Part shown: piece by piece, positions 26,086 through 48,466 of the stretch
Layout: the number at the start of each line of letters is the position of its first letter
How positions within the stretch are numbered: position 1 is the stretch's first letter
Assembly: GCF_009914755.1 (NCBI RefSeq)
Contig: NC_060939.1
Length of the DNA: 64,000 nucleotides
Reading direction: 5' to 3' (one strand)
Origin: the human T2T-CHM13v2.0 reference genome, Homo sapiens
The notes under the pieces: generated by a model
What the model was told of the DNA's origin: nothing
Databases searched by the model: none
Seen by the model: the letters and a program-made list of their open reading frames with translations, nothing else
Made by a program: the position numbers and the translations under genes

Positions 26086-26976
26086 GCTTCTAAATAACTC
26101 ATAAACACTAATTACTGTTGTGACACTTTAATTTTATATAATATTTATAAGTATACAGAATAACATTTCAGTGATATTTTGGCACTCAAGGGTATTAATG
26201 TATTAGAAACACAGAAAAAATATTTGTCTTCATTGATAAAGTGTAATAACCAGCTTTTACAAAACAGGTAATTTTTTATATTGTAACTCCCAAGGTATCT
26301 AAATATGTTTAGTGCATTAACAGAACCCAGAATTAACTGCAAATACAACACCTTGGTAGTCTAAATGTCCAAACAGAAAGTTCACATAAATGTCGAAAGA
26401 AAAAGTACAATCAATCTGTTGAAAAATATTTATAACAACTCATTAGCATAACTAATTTCTGCTAAATTGTTAAAATCTAAAATCGCTTATTTTGATACCC
26501 TATGGCAAGTTTTGCAGAAGTCTTTTGCACTAAAAATAATCTTGGCAGATAAAATATAATGAGAGGTAAGTACATAATAACAGAAAATAATTTAAATTGA
26601 CCAGCTTCTCAATGTCTTTCTCATTTTAGAAACACCAATATGTTCTCTTAATCATATCTGCAATGAAAAATATTATATTAGCTAAACTATTATGAAGAGT
26701 ACTGGAATATATCTAACATACTAATTTACAATATCATATAGAGGTATCAGTGAATAAAAGAAGGAAAATAAAACACTACATTTAGGGGAATGCTTCAAAC
26801 CCATATGTTACAATTAAATAGCTAATGAAGAGCACTCGGCATTAAAAGAAAACGTTTACTATATATACACAGTCTGGAATGTATCTTCCTAAACCAAATA
26901 AAAAGGACTTGTAAAATCATAAACAATATCAAAGAATAGATTTCTACAGGGAACTTCTCAAATGTCAACACTCTTA

Positions 26977-27411
<435 letters not shown>

Positions 27412-28652
27412 AGCCCTTAAATGGTTTATCAACTAAATGGTTTATTTGAATCAATAATGAAAATTCCTAGACAGCATTTTTTCTTTTTACTTTTATTCGT
27501 CATTAAAAAGACAGGGAGTAAGAAAAGGAAAAAAGCAACATGTTATAATAATATTTTCCCATATTAATCCAAGAACACAATAAGAACAACAAAAACTCAG
27601 TGAGAACTCATATTACCAATTTTAAGAATGAGTCTGAGGAATTTTCAAAACTTTTATTTAATAGATTGAAATAATCTGTCAAAATGTATCTATAAAACAC
27701 AACAGAATGAACAAAATTTCTGAGATTAAAGTTGTATCATAAAAAAATACCAAGAAGTTAAATATTCCACAGTTCATTTAATTAATTATCCAGTATTTAT
27801 TCTGTACCAACTATAGCAATGGTTTTAGGCTACGTGCTCCAATAAATAAGTATTGTAAGGCTCCCCATGCTCCAAATTTGTTTTTAATCTTCACCAATCT
27901 GTTTTTAGTGTTAGGCAACTAGGATTCTCCCAGGATGCAGTAATAAAGAACAAAGATGGAAAGCAAGAGAAAGAGGTAGAATGACATGAAAATCTGATCC
28001 AGAAGGTGCAACGTCTGTTTTATATGAGTACCAGAAAGGGAGAAAATAGGAGGGATTATAATCACCAAAATTCTAAAGGAAAAGTTATGTATATATCTAA
28101 TAATAAAAGCTAACATTTAATTAAGCATAATCCTCATTCAACAGATGAGGAATCTAAAACCCAAGGAGTCATTATCACTGTTCCACTTATCTCTGTATCC
28201 CTACAAAAATACTCACTCTTGATCTGTAACAATGCCTCCTTAAACTCCCTGAATGGCAGCTTCAGGTAAAAACTTCCCAGAAAGTTTGAAATAACAAGGA
28301 TAAAAGGAAAATTCTTGGAGCCACATAAAAAAGAAAACAGATCATTACAAAAAAAGAAGAATCGGGCATCAGTTCTCATTACCAATACTGAATTAAAAAG
28401 AAACCCCCCCCAAAAATCATTATTTTCCTAGGTCTATAAGAAATTATTTAAAACCAAAATTTTAATGTCTGTTAAGCTAACATTCAAATCCATGGATAAC
28501 AAATGTAAATAGTTTAAATTCTCTAATAAAAGACAGCAACTTTCAAAATATGCAAAATATACTACTTAACACATACACATATTTTACATGTAACTATACT
28601 ACAGACTTCATTTATGTATGTGTGTGTGTACACATATATAATATAAAATGAA

Positions 28653-29249
<597 letters not shown>

Positions 29250-29250
<1 letters not shown>

Positions 29251-29340
29251 TATATATATATATATATACACACACATATATATATATATACACACACACA
29301 AATATATATATATATACACACATATATATTCATACATATG
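29250..29340. repeat. Compound (TA)n/(CA)n microsatellite
   Basis: Directly visible. Confidence 0.95.
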
Positions 29341-30602
29341 CACAATGCACAGTGACATACACAATTCAAAAACAGACTTGAGGGGAAAAAACACAAACGC
29401 TATCCAGAAAATGCAGGTATAGCAATAATTGCAAAGAAACAGAATTTAAACTAAAAAGCAGTGAACAAGTCAAAGATAATAATTTATAATAACATAAGTT
29501 TTATGTTGCAGTGTAAATTCCAAAAGAAGCCATAGTCATTAAAGTTTATACACCTAATAAATATATGTCACATATAGAAAGTAAAGCTGAGTAGAAATAA
29601 CATGCATAGATTAGACTTTAACATAGCTCTCAAATCAGGATATTAAGTAGATATGAAATAAATAATAACAATGATCGGGTTTGATTCAAACAGACACATA
29701 AAATACACACAGATCTCTGAATTCCAAAAATAGAGAAAACATCCTATTCAAATGTACATAGAATTTTCAAAAAAACTTCACATGTATGGTCATAAAGAAA
29801 TGTCCACATATTTTAAAAAGCAGGTATTTCCTAGGTTATATCCAGTAAAAGCAGATGCGTCCCTAGACCTAATACAATAAAAATTAGAAATTCATAATAT
29901 AAGCATAAACTCCCAAATCTACCCACTGGCAAAATTTAAAAGTCCTTTCTATATAACGGCAGAGTTTCAATCAAGAAGAAAAATCATGTATTATTTTTAA
30001 ATGATTAAGAAACATCAAAAATATCACTGAGATGTGGCAAATGTGGTATTCAGAGGAAAAAAGTATAGCTTCAAACATGCAAAACTGTAAGACTAAAGAA
30101 TTACAATAAATAATGCCCGATTCAAAAATTAAGCCAATAAGAATCAACATATAATCCATGAGATTCGCCATCTAGGGAAGTAAACCCACCCTAATACTGT
30201 GTTTATTAAAATGCTGTTAATGAGATCTGAGGTTTAAACAACTCTTCACTTTAGAAAGTGAAATAAAGCTGACTGAAATAAAACCTAATCTATGAAATTA
30301 TTCTGTATATGAATTGACCTGAAGTAATGAACAGTTCAATGACTGGCTTATGACTCTTGTTCTGGTCCAGGTTAATCATTCTAGTTGGCATACTATTAAA
30401 CACATATTTCTGATTGAAACATCTGTTAAAAAAATAACATCAAACGACATTACAAAATCAAAATGGAGACTGCTAAGAGTGGGATTTTTCTCCTGCCAGT
30501 ATCTTTCCTTTCTGCCACATCCTCCTCCCTGCTGCTACAGCAATCTTTCTAAAGGAATACAAATATATTCTGAATCACACGCAAACCCCTCAATACAGAA
30601 TG

Positions 30603-31543
<941 letters not shown>

Positions 31544-32197
31544 GAGCAGCATTTCAAGGCCCTCCCTGCTTTGGTCTCTGCCAAATCACTATTAGATTTT
31601 TAAGATTTTTTTTACACATTATACTTACATTACACAATGTCTTAACACTATGAAGTAAAAATGTAAATATTTTAAACTCTGGCTTGGAAATGAAGAGGCA
31701 GAATCTCAGAAATTTTCCAAAAATAAAATAGGAGAGGCAAGCTTTCTGAGTCCACAAAAGTGCCCTCTACCTATTGGGTCAAAGAAAAAGTAATTTCTCT
31801 ATTTGTAACAACATACATAAATTATAAACCCTGAAGAAATAGGTCCCTAATAGCTATAATCTTTAACATAACCATAAATAAAAACATGAATAAATCTGAC
31901 TACATAAAAATGTAAAAACTTCTATGTGGTGAGAACACACATTACAGAAAAAAAAATCAAATGACAAAAAATAACCTCCAATTTGGATTACAAATATCTA
32001 ATATCCTGGATATATACAAATAAAGCATGTAAGTTATAAAAATGAGTATAATTTTAAAATAGACAAGGATACTTTATAGAATTTCATAATTTAAGGAAGA
32101 CATAAAGTTAGCCAATAAACTATGGGTAATATGCAAGAATCAGTAAGCATCATTATTTGCCAGCAGCTAAGCCAAGTACTTTATAAGAATTACTTTA

Positions 32198-32527
<330 letters not shown>

Positions 32528-32778
32528 TTATTCCCATCTAACCACCACCACTTTAGGTAGATATCACTATTTTTCATTTTACAAATGAAGCAGAGAGGTT
32601 AAATTTCCTTGTTCAAGTCCATAGAGTCAGGAAATAAAAAAGGAACTGAACTCAAGGAGTTCATAATTATTTATATACAAATAATAAAGACAAATTCATC
32701 GACTATGGAAATGTACTGAGTATTTTGTCTTGTTTACATAATGGTTTTTATTTAGGTTGTAAGAAAATAACACATAAT

Positions 32779-33192
<414 letters not shown>

Positions 33193-33588
33193 TCAAATTG
33201 AAAGTCCTCAAAATGACCAACGGTAAAATAAATAAATTATAGTACTCTTAACAACAGAATACTATATATCAATGAGAAAAATAAACGACTGGAAGGAACA
33301 ATTTGGATTTATCTCACAAATATATACGTGAAAGATGACAGAAAACAGTACTTAGTAGCTCAATTATATGAAGTACAAAGCCAATTACGCAAAGTACAAA
33401 CATAGGCAAGACTCATCTATGTTGTTACTAGATGATAGTGCATGTCTCTGGGGAGTTAGGAATAGTAACCAGCAGGAGGCTTGAATGGAATGTCTGGGGC
33501 GCTATTATTTGTTTCCTGATGTGATTTTAGTATGTAGGTTCTAATATTTGGGGTATTCCTAGAAATGTGTACCTATTATTCACTTGCT

Positions 33589-33632
33589 CTATATATATAG
33601 AGAGAGCTATATAGCTCTCTCTATATATATAG
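33589..33632. repeat. Perfect 44-bp palindrome
   Basis: ctatatatatagagagagctat|atagctctctctatatatatag equals its own reverse complement. Confidence 0.97.
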
Positions 33633-35069
33633 CTATATATATAGCAAAGTGAATTTTATATATAATTCTTCACATATTTTTAGAAAAATTAAGTTTTTTT
33701 AGAAAATTAAGAGAATTTTAGATAAAAACTCAACTTTTAATGGAAAATATTTTCCTTTTTCTTTCTCACATGAAATCCTATATCAAGGTTAGTATCCTAC
33801 CTGGCATCTCTCCAATACTGGGTTAAGAGTTTTTCTTCTCAAGTAACCTGTATTATATTAAGATGATATTAACTGAAATAATCAGATAGATGAATGCATC
33901 ATAAAGCTAATTCTAAGATATCTGTCCTTAGCCAAAAGCAGAAAAGGGATACACATAACTTCCACATAAAACATCCACCCCCATTTTTTTGGTTATTCTT
34001 AAAAGCTCATAATGTATACAATGATAAAATTTATTGTTTCAAATTAGGGTTTTTGAAATTGAAATATTAGTTTAAACATATTTGCTTAACACAACTTTAA
34101 AGTTAATAAGAAGACACTGCATATTACAGAAGAGTTAAATACTTCAAAAAGTGGGAAAAATTTTAAAGCTTTCATTTGAGTAGGAGTAAACACAGACACA
34201 CTAAGAATCTAGTTGGATACACTTAAATCATGTCTTTTAAGAACATAAGAACAGATTATTTGCTTCCTCTTTAGTCCAAAACCTTGGTGTAATTTTAGTC
34301 CATATTTGAAACTAACAGAAGAATACTCAGCTTCTTAAAAGTTTTATTTCAAGAACAGTAAAAGAACTTCTGGTCTTACAAACATTACACAGATAAAACA
34401 AGTTTCTCCAAACAGATGTATGTAAAAATCTAGTACATATACCCCCAAGTTAAGTTAATAAGGTGAACCAGATTCTGGTTGAATGGAATCCTTCAAATAT
34501 AACTTTGGTGAACAAACTGTTTGTGTTTTCCACTTTTCTTAAAAAAGAAGTGATAAAGCAGATTTCCAGTACCTGCCAGCTGACAAAACGTTACTTACCA
34601 GGTAAAAACCACTACCAAAAATCAGAATCACAGAAGGGCTATCAGTAAAATTATTAATGCCACAAATTAACATGATGTTAACAGCTGAATTATGCATCAA
34701 AAGAGTATTTATATAATCACAGCAAATAACTCAAATCTTTTACATCACTAGTAAACTCAAAAAAGATAGCAAAAAGCAATAACATTAAATTTCATTATTG
34801 ATCTACTAGCTTTAACTATTTAATACTAGTACACTTAGTTTTGATTACTTTGAAATTGAAACAAAACAATAATCTTTTCTTTTAATGACTTTTTCAGTTA
34901 TAGGAAAGATGATATTAAAAGAAAATATACAACTATAGCTTAGCTACAGGTATAAAATTGTTTTAAAGATATGTAATTGTGCTATTGAATTAAACTGAAA
35001 CCATAAATATCAACTCATGATTTTGAAAAAAAAATCTTTTTTATGTTTGGTTTTGGTAAAAGGAGAGAC

Positions 35070-36300
35070 AAATAAGTCAGAAGAACAGAAAATACAGAAA
35101 TAGGCAAACTTTCCCATATTCAATTAGTTTTTGACCAAGGGGCCAAGATAATTCAAGAGAGCAATAAATAATCTTTTAGAATGATGCTGGAACTGCCAAA
35201 TAATTCATATGGAAAACAAAGAAACATGAATCTTATCTTGTATTCTCTTATCATGTGTAATTTAATCATAAATGGATTTTTTAAACCTACAAGTAACACT
35301 GTGGCAAGCAAAGATTTTTTAATAAAGCATAAAGAGCATAATTTTTTTAACTTCCAAAAAATTAACAAATGACAAATGTCATCAAAATGAAACCCTCTGC
35401 TCTTCAATAAACATTGCTAAATAAATGAAAACAAGTCACACATTAGGCAAAAATATTTATAAAATGCATCTCCAATAACTGACTTGTGTAAATAATATAT
35501 AAAAAAAATCTCACAACTCAAGAAGATGACAAGCAAATCAACTGGAAAAAAATGGTGGTAGAGACAAAATACTTTAACAGACATGTCACCAAAGATACAC
35601 AAATGGCAAAAAAAAGACATAAAAAGAGGCTCAATCTAATTAATCATCAGAGAATGCAAAATCAAACCCACAATAAATTGTCACTAAATGCCAACCAGAT
35701 GGCTAAAATTTAGAAACAGTGGCAATATCCTGTGCTGGCAACAATGTACAGCAAAAGGAACTCTCAGATCTCTAGAAATGGAAAAGTATACAGACACTTT
35801 TTAAGAAACTGTGAAACTGTTTTCCAAAGTTAAGAATATTATTTCCAACAAGTCAGAAATTCCAGTCCTAGGTATTTACCCAAGAAACATGAAAAGATAC
35901 ATCTACAACAAAGCATGTTACATAAATGCTCACAGCAGCTTTATATACTGGCCAAAAATTGAACGAAACTTAACTGTAAGCTAGTGAATGGACCAATCTC
36001 AAAACCATTATGCTAAGTAAGAAAAGGCAGACGGAAAAGATTCTATACTGTATGGTTCCATTCATATATTAGTCTAGAAAAGGCAAAACTATAGGAAAGC
36101 AACAGATCGGTGATTGCCAGGAGCTGGAGTGGGAGGTAGGCAGTAACTTCAAAAGGTCATGAGCGAATTTATGGGTAAAGGGTCTATTCTGTATCTTGAC
36201 TATGATGGTAATTACATGACTGTTCATATTTACCAAATCACATTCAATACACACCTTAGAAAGGGTGAATTACAGTGTATGCAAAATATAACTTAACAAA
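35070..36300 (+). mobile_element. Old L1M (ME-like) ORF2 3' end and 3' UTR
   Basis: aatgcaaaatcaaacccacaat, attccagtcctaggtatttacccaagaaacatgaaa and tatggttccattcatat motifs. Confidence 0.7.
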
Positions 36301-36522
36301 ACAATGACTCTCACATATAAATTTATTTATTTATTGGGTAACAGCATAGGGACTAATATCAGAATAACTTTCCTAAAATGTCTCAAATCTGAAGAAAATG
36401 TAAAAGCTAACTAATTGAAGTTACCTGTAAATAACCAAAAACTGCCTGGAATGGGAGGACATTTTACCCTTGGAAAAAAAGCGGAATATCATTGGCTAAA
36501 ATCTATATTTAAATAGAGTTTC

Positions 36523-36823
<301 letters not shown>

Positions 36824-36829
36824 CTACAA

Positions 36830-40000
<3,171 letters not shown>

Positions 40001-40039
40001 AAGCAAAAATTGTTACATGATGCAAAAGCTATGGTGGGT

Positions 40040-41017
40040 AAAACTGTTGATGCATTTCCAAAACTGAAGGCAGCTGGCACCAAGCTGTATTAGAAGTTGT
40101 CACATTCTCAACTGGCACTACAACTACAGTAAAAATAATGTAGAGTATCATTGAGAATATCACTGATGAAGCAGCAAAAATCTTTAATGTTTTAAGTCTT
40201 GATCCATGAATACACATCTTTTAATTATCTATGTGACAAAATGAGAAATGAAGCATAAAATAATTGTTACACCACAGTTTTTCTTGAGGAAAGAATTTGT
40301 GATCATGTGATTTATAAACTGAAATAACTGCTTTTTTAATGGAACACTGTTTTTACATGTAAGAACAACTAAGAAACCACAATTATTAAAACTTGATTAT
40401 CTGACATATTTCTTCAAAAATGAATAAAGTGAGCCTGTCACTTCAAGGAAAACAACTTAGAACATGAGTGGACAATAAGAAGATTTGAAAAACTTACAAC
40501 CAACAATGTAAGCTTAACTAATTCCAATACTTAAAGACTTTTCTGATGAGATCAGTCGATTATAACAAATGTGAATTTTGTTATTAACTAAAAATGTGTA
40601 GGACTAGGTAAGCTGGCTCACACTTGTAATCCCAGCACTTCGGGATCACTGGAGGTCAGGAGTTCAAGACCAGCCTAGCCAACATAGTGAAACCCCATCT
40701 CTACTAAAAATATGAAAATTAGCTGGGCCTGGTGGTGCATGCCTATAGTCCCAGCTACTCAGGAGGCTGAGGCATGAGCATCACCTGAACCCAGGAGACG
40801 GAAGTGAGCTGAGATCGCACCACTGCATTCCAGCCTGGGCAACAGAGTGAGATTCTGTCTCAAACAAACAAAACAAAACAAAACAAACAAACAAAAACAA
40901 CCGTATCAATAGTTGGAATATCTGGATCACTCAGTGAACCAATATTTTCCAAAGACCACTTAGTAATCTTATAAAATCATATATGGGTAAAAGATCCCCT
41001 GAAATTGCAAGGTAGTC

Positions 41018-41056
<39 letters not shown>

Positions 41057-41470
41057 CTCAGATAAAGTCTCACTGTGTTACCCACGCTGGAGTGCAGTGG
41101 CACAATCTCGGCTCACTGCAACCTCCACCTCCTGGGTTCAAGAGATTCTCTGCCTCGGCCTCCCCCGTAGGTGGGATTGCAGGTGCCTGCTACAATGCCT
41201 GGCTAATTTTTGTATTTTTAGTAGAGACGGGGTTTCACAATCTTGGCCAGGCTGGTCTTGAGCTCCTGACCTCGTGATCCACCCACTTCAGCCTCCCAAA
41301 GTGCTGGGATTACAGGCGTGAACCACTGCGCCCAGCCCATAAATTATAATTTTAAAGGGTAAAGATATAAAGTTCATTGATGGGATTGCAGTCTTCAGAT
41401 TGCACCAAACCACTTGAAAAACTTGAGAAACTACCACTTCTCAAGCTTTGTTTTAGTATCAAACAGGAAT
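40040..41470 (+). mobile_element. Charlie1-family hAT transposon fossil interrupted by two Alus
   Basis: gatgaagcagcaaaaat, aaaatgaataaagtgagcctgtcacttcaaggaaaacaact and tcagtgaaccaatattttccaaagacca match recalled Charlie1 consensus. Confidence 0.8.
41026..41051. repeat. (TA)n microsatellite at the tail of an antisense Alu (41050-41337)
   Basis: Directly visible. Confidence 0.95.
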
Positions 41471-41799
41471 ATTCATTAGGGCTTGTGCTTTCATTCTTAC
41501 AGTATATTTTAATAAACAGAAGTTATTTCTCAAATGTAGTTGAATGCTCCAATATTTTCCTTTATGTTCAGTGCTGTATCTCAAGAACTCTTTTACAAAA
41601 ATATTATCCTATATTATCTTTTTAAGTATAAATAAAAATAATTACCTTTTTAAAAGCTTATGAGTTTAGGTGGAAATATGAAGGGCCAAAAGGAATTGGA
41701 AGACATTTTCCTACTATTTGTTCTTTCTCTTGATTTTCATGATTCATTATTCTTGTAGAAGTGACCTTACCACAGTATAAGGTTCACTTATAATCACTG

Positions 41800-43200
41800 T
41801 TCTGCCTTGTAATTTTAGGTGAATTTGTTACAAAATATTATGAAATCTATAGGAAAGGCCAACTTTCAAAGCTATTAAGCATTTGACTTAACAGTTGAGG
41901 GCAATATTATTCAGAAAAACTTCAATCTCATTCCTCAGCGCAAAAAACTGAAATAAAACTTTACCACTGCCAAGTCATTAAATTGCTATGTAGAATGGCA
42001 ATTCAGTATATTCTGCCTCTATATCTAACAAAAATTCATAGGATTTGATGATGAAGTCTACAAATGCAAGTCAAAATCACTGCTGACACTATTATATAAT
42101 AGTTCACTAAAACATGACAGATTTAAATATTTTCTGCAAAGTACCTGCTAATAAATAATACAATAAATAATCAGGCTTTAAACACCTGACATTTAACAAG
42201 CTTTGTAAATTTGTCCAACTCAAGTCTTTCTGCTCCACAGTTATTTTTGCCACTATCAACTGTAACACATCTTAGCGGATTCCACTTCAGGTTGTACTAA
42301 GTTAGTGTTTGCTCAACTTTTCTGAAAATATTTTCTCTTGTAGTTGTTTCACATAGACTATGCATAAACACTAATTCTTCAATCACTTCAAACTCAGCAC
42401 TGACTTCTGGAATATGTAACAACTGAACAGTACTGGTAACACCTATTCATCCATCAAAAGCCTAAGAAAACCATGAAAAATCATTCACCCTTCTTTCCAA
42501 AATGACTTGATATTACTCCCAATGTCCTTAACTTTTAGAGCAATTACTCTCGCTGAAAGGCTAATAGTCTTTTTTAAAGTTTATTTTCTATGGACACATC
42601 TTTGGTTACCTTAATTAAACATAATTTAATTAACTACTGTTGGTAATGGTTTTCCTTGCTTGGCTAACAAATAAGCCATTGAAAAAACTTACTTTAATTA
42701 TAGCTTAATTTCCATTTTTTGTTTTTGAGAAGAAATTCTGCTGTGATAAAATTTTGTTTTAATTTACTATTTTTTTTTCTTACCTTTTAGTTTTATTCCT
42801 GTTGGTTGGGAATATTGTGAGAAGTGCCCAGTCTGGCAATGTTGACATATATTATATTCTTTTAGCACAGCCATAGTCTTCTAGCATAACAAATATAATG
42901 CTTTGCTATCTAATTTGTTAATAATAATATACATTCCACTATGCCTCTAAAGTGTTACATATAAAGTCCACTTTTCTCCTTTTCTTATTTTAACATGATA
43001 GGTAAGTATGCACTGGTAATGAGAGAAATAAATAAGATGCCAGGGCAATATGTGTGGTGCACACACACACACACATACTGACAAACAGTAACTATGTCAT
43101 TGTGATTCGTAGCATGCAGAGCAGCAATTTGAAATATATGTGCTCTCTGCAGCAACCAACTCTGACACTGTAGTGCAACGGAAGTCATATATAATGCCCA
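41800..43200 (-). mobile_element. Cheshire-like hAT (MER58-parent, GTF2IRD2-type transposase) fossil
   Basis: Minus strand starts ATG at 42996 (ML*...RKVDF) and gives degenerate hAT transposase motifs (NDFSWFS, EFEVIEELV, YNLKWNPLRCVTVDSGKN); MER58-like subterminal sequence at 43100-43200. Confidence 0.7.
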
Positions 43201-43204
43201 AACA

Positions 43205-45536
43205 ATTCAGGGAAAGGAAAAGTGCCTCTCATTTTAACTGAAAAGCTACAAATGATTAATCTTAGTGGGGAAGGAATATCAAAAAGTGAGAAAGGCCTAA
43301 AGCTAGGCCTCTTGTACCACTCAGCCAATTATGAATGTAAACGAAAAATTCTTGAATAAAATTAAAAGCACTATGTCAGTGAACATGAAACAATCTTATT
43401 GCTAATATGAAGAAAGTTTTAGTGGTCCATATGAAAGATCAAACCAGCCACAACATTCCCTTAAGCAAAAAGCCTAATCCACAGCAAGGCTCTAACCTTC
43501 TTCAGTTCTATGAAGGCTGAGAGAGGTGAGAAAACTGCAGAAGAAAAACTGGAAGCAAGTAGAGGTTGGCTCATGAGGAAAAATGCTCTTGTCATAACAT
43601 AAAAGTGGAAAGTGAAGCAGCAAGTGCTGACATGGAAGCTGTAGCAAGTTATCCAGAATATCTATCTAAGATCATTGCTGGAGGTGGCTATACTAAACAA
43701 GGTGTTTTAAGTAGACAAAAGAGCCTTCCATTAGAAGAAGATGCCATCTAGGACTTTCACAGCTAGAGAGGGAAAATCAATGCCTTGCTTCAAAGGTCAG
43801 GCTGGGGCCACACCTGTTATTCCAGCACTTTGAGAGGCCAAGGTAAGAGAATCACTTGAGCCCAGGAGTTCAAGGCCAGCCTGGACAACAAGGTGAGACT
43901 CTTGTCTCTTTTAAAAATAAATAAATAAATAAATAAAAACTGACTCTCTTGTTAGGGGCTAATGCAGCTGGTAACTTGACGTTGAAGCTAATACTCATTT
44001 GCCACTCAAAAAGTCCTAGAGCTCTTAAGAATTATGTTATATCTAATCTGCTTGCTATCTACATATGGAACAACAGTCTCCTGGATGACAGCACATCTGT
44101 TTAGAGGTTGGCTTACTGAATATTTTCAGTCCACTGTCAAGACCTACTGCTAAGGAAAAAACATTCATTTCAAAATATTAGCACTCACTAACAATGGACC
44201 AGGTCATTCGAGGGCTTTGATGGATATGTTCAGAAAGAAGAATGTTACTTTCATGCCTGCCAGTACAATACAACATCTATCCTGCAGCCCATGCATCAAT
44301 GAGTAATTTCAATTTTTAAGTCTTACTGTTCAAGAAATACATTTCAGCCAGGCACGGCAGCTCATGCCTGTAATCCCCGCACTCTGGGATGCCAAGGCAG
44401 GAGGATCACTTGAAGCCGGGAGTTCGAGAACACCCTGGCCAACATGGCAAAACCCCATCTCTACTAAAAATACAAAAATTAGCAGGCGTGGTGGCACGCA
44501 CCTGTAGTCCCAGATACTCGGGGGGCTGAGTCAGGAGAATCGCTTGAACCGGGAGGCAGAGGTTGCAGTAAACCAAGATCGCACCACTGCACTCCAGCCA
44601 GGCCGAGAAAGCGAGACTCCATCTCAAAAAAAAAAAGTGATTCCTGTAGTAAATTTGGGCAAAATAAACTGAAAACCTTCTGGAAAGGCTTCACCACCGT
44701 TGATGTCATTAAGAACATTCATAATTCATGAGAGGAAGTCAAAATATCAATATGAACAGGTGTTTGGAAGAAGTTGATTCCAACTCTCATGGATGACTTT
44801 GAGAGGTTCAAGACTCAAGTGGAGGAAGTCACTGCAGATGTAGTGGAAACAGCAAGAGAATTAGAAGTGGAGCCTGAAGATGTGACTGAATTGCTGCAAT
44901 CTCATGATAAAACTTGCACAGATTAGGAGTTGTTCCTTACAGATGACCCAAGAAAGTGGTTTCTTAAAGATGGAAACTACTCCTGGTGAAAAGGCTGTGA
45001 AATTATTGAATGACAACAAAGGATTTAGAATACTATATAACCTTAGTTGTTAAAGCAGTGGCAGGGTTTGAGCTGACTCCAATTTTGAAAAAAAGTTCTA
45101 CTTTTGGGTAAAAAATGCTATCAAACAGCATCAAGTGCTACAGAGAAATCTTTCATGAAAGAAAGAGGCAATCAATGTAGCAAACTTCATTGTTGTCTTA
45201 TTGTAAGAAACTGCCAGAGGCACCCCAACCTTCAGCAATCACTGCTGGGTTCAGTCAGCAGCCACCAACATCCTCTATCAGCAAAAAATCTTACAATTTA
45301 CTGAAAGCTCAGATGATCAGTAGCATTTTTTAGCAATAAAGTATTTTTAAATTAAAGTATGCACATTGGTTTTTTAAATATAATGCTATTGAACATTTAA
45401 TAGACTGCAGTAGAATATAAACATAATATTTACATGCACTGGTAAACCAAAATATTTGTGTGCCTTGCTTTATGGTGATATTCACTTTATTGTGGTAGTC
45501 TATAATGGAACCTACAGTATCTCCAAGGTATGCCTG
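43205..45536 (+). mobile_element. Tigger1 (pogo/TcMar) DNA transposon fossil, 5'-truncated, with two Alu-family insertions
   Basis: Characteristic aagctaggcctcttg and gatcaaaccagccacaacattcccttaag motifs; ORF 43566..43751 [22 protein letters not shown]; right end atctccaaggtatgcctg followed by TA at 45537. Confidence 0.92.
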
Positions 45537-46136
45537 TATTTACTTTGGTACCAATTCTAGATATACATCTGCATATACCTGGTTATTTAACTTCCTGGTC
45601 TCATGTTCCTTAAATAGTTAATAAGAAAGAGTAATTATGAACCATGCAGACCAATTAACAAGCCTAACTTCCAATATTTTCTTCACTCTGAAATAAGTAT
45701 TTCCAACAGTGTATTATGTCAGAAGTTCTCGGTTTTGGGGGTGATGTATCTTAATTTTTCTGTACTCTATTTTCAACTTCACTGACATAATACAAGCTCT
45801 ATCTTCCTTACAAATTTATAAGGAATCAAATGAAATGAAATATATAAAAGTTGTCCTCTTTCTCCCATCTTCAAAAAACTTCCCCCTGCATTTCATTTCC
45901 TGTTAGCCCTCTCTCCTTCAACAGCCTGGTCTGTAGAAAGAGTCCATACATGGCCTCCCTCCACTCCCTCATCTTCCATTCACTCCTTGTTCCAAGGCCC
46001 TCCCAACACCACTGAAACTTTTTTCAATGCCCTTTTTTTAATTTTTTTTTAAAAGCAAATTCTGCCCCCAACTTTTCATTCTTTCAGTTGAACCACTTTT
46101 TCCAAAACACTGCAGATGTAAAAAATACGTAGTTAA

Positions 46137-47960
<1,824 letters not shown>

Positions 47961-48466
47961 AAAGGATAGGTAGGATTTACAGACTGAAAGATGAGAGTGG
48001 AAAAAGGAAGGAGGGATAGCAAGAATGGCGGGCAGGTAGACAGAAAGGTAAAATTCAGCCATGTTCAAACGGGAACAAATAAAAGCATTGAAAGGTAAGA
48101 CAGACCTAGTATATTTATGACTTGAATCCCAAGCTAAGAAACTGGAACATAATTTAGCAGAGAGACTCCAAAAGTTTTACAGCAAAAAGTATTAGAATCA
48201 TTTATATACTGGGAAAAAATAGCCTCCTCATTTTAATAATCCAGATTGGGAAATCAGATCTAAAACAGATGTTCAATGGACATCCCATTTCTTTTGTAAA
48301 AGCAACTTGAAAGGTCAGTCATCAAGTTTTGTTCTGTTTTTAATTCACAATGAAAATCTGACTACTCATTTATTCAACAAATATTTGAGTACCAGCTATG
48401 TGCTAGGCACTGTTCTAAACACGCCAATAACATTTATTTAGTGGTACTGATTCTGTACTCTAGAAC

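Noticed and set aside
43566-43751. TIGD1-like transposase gene
   Set aside because: Tigger1 fossil with frameshifts, two Alu-family insertions and a missing left end.
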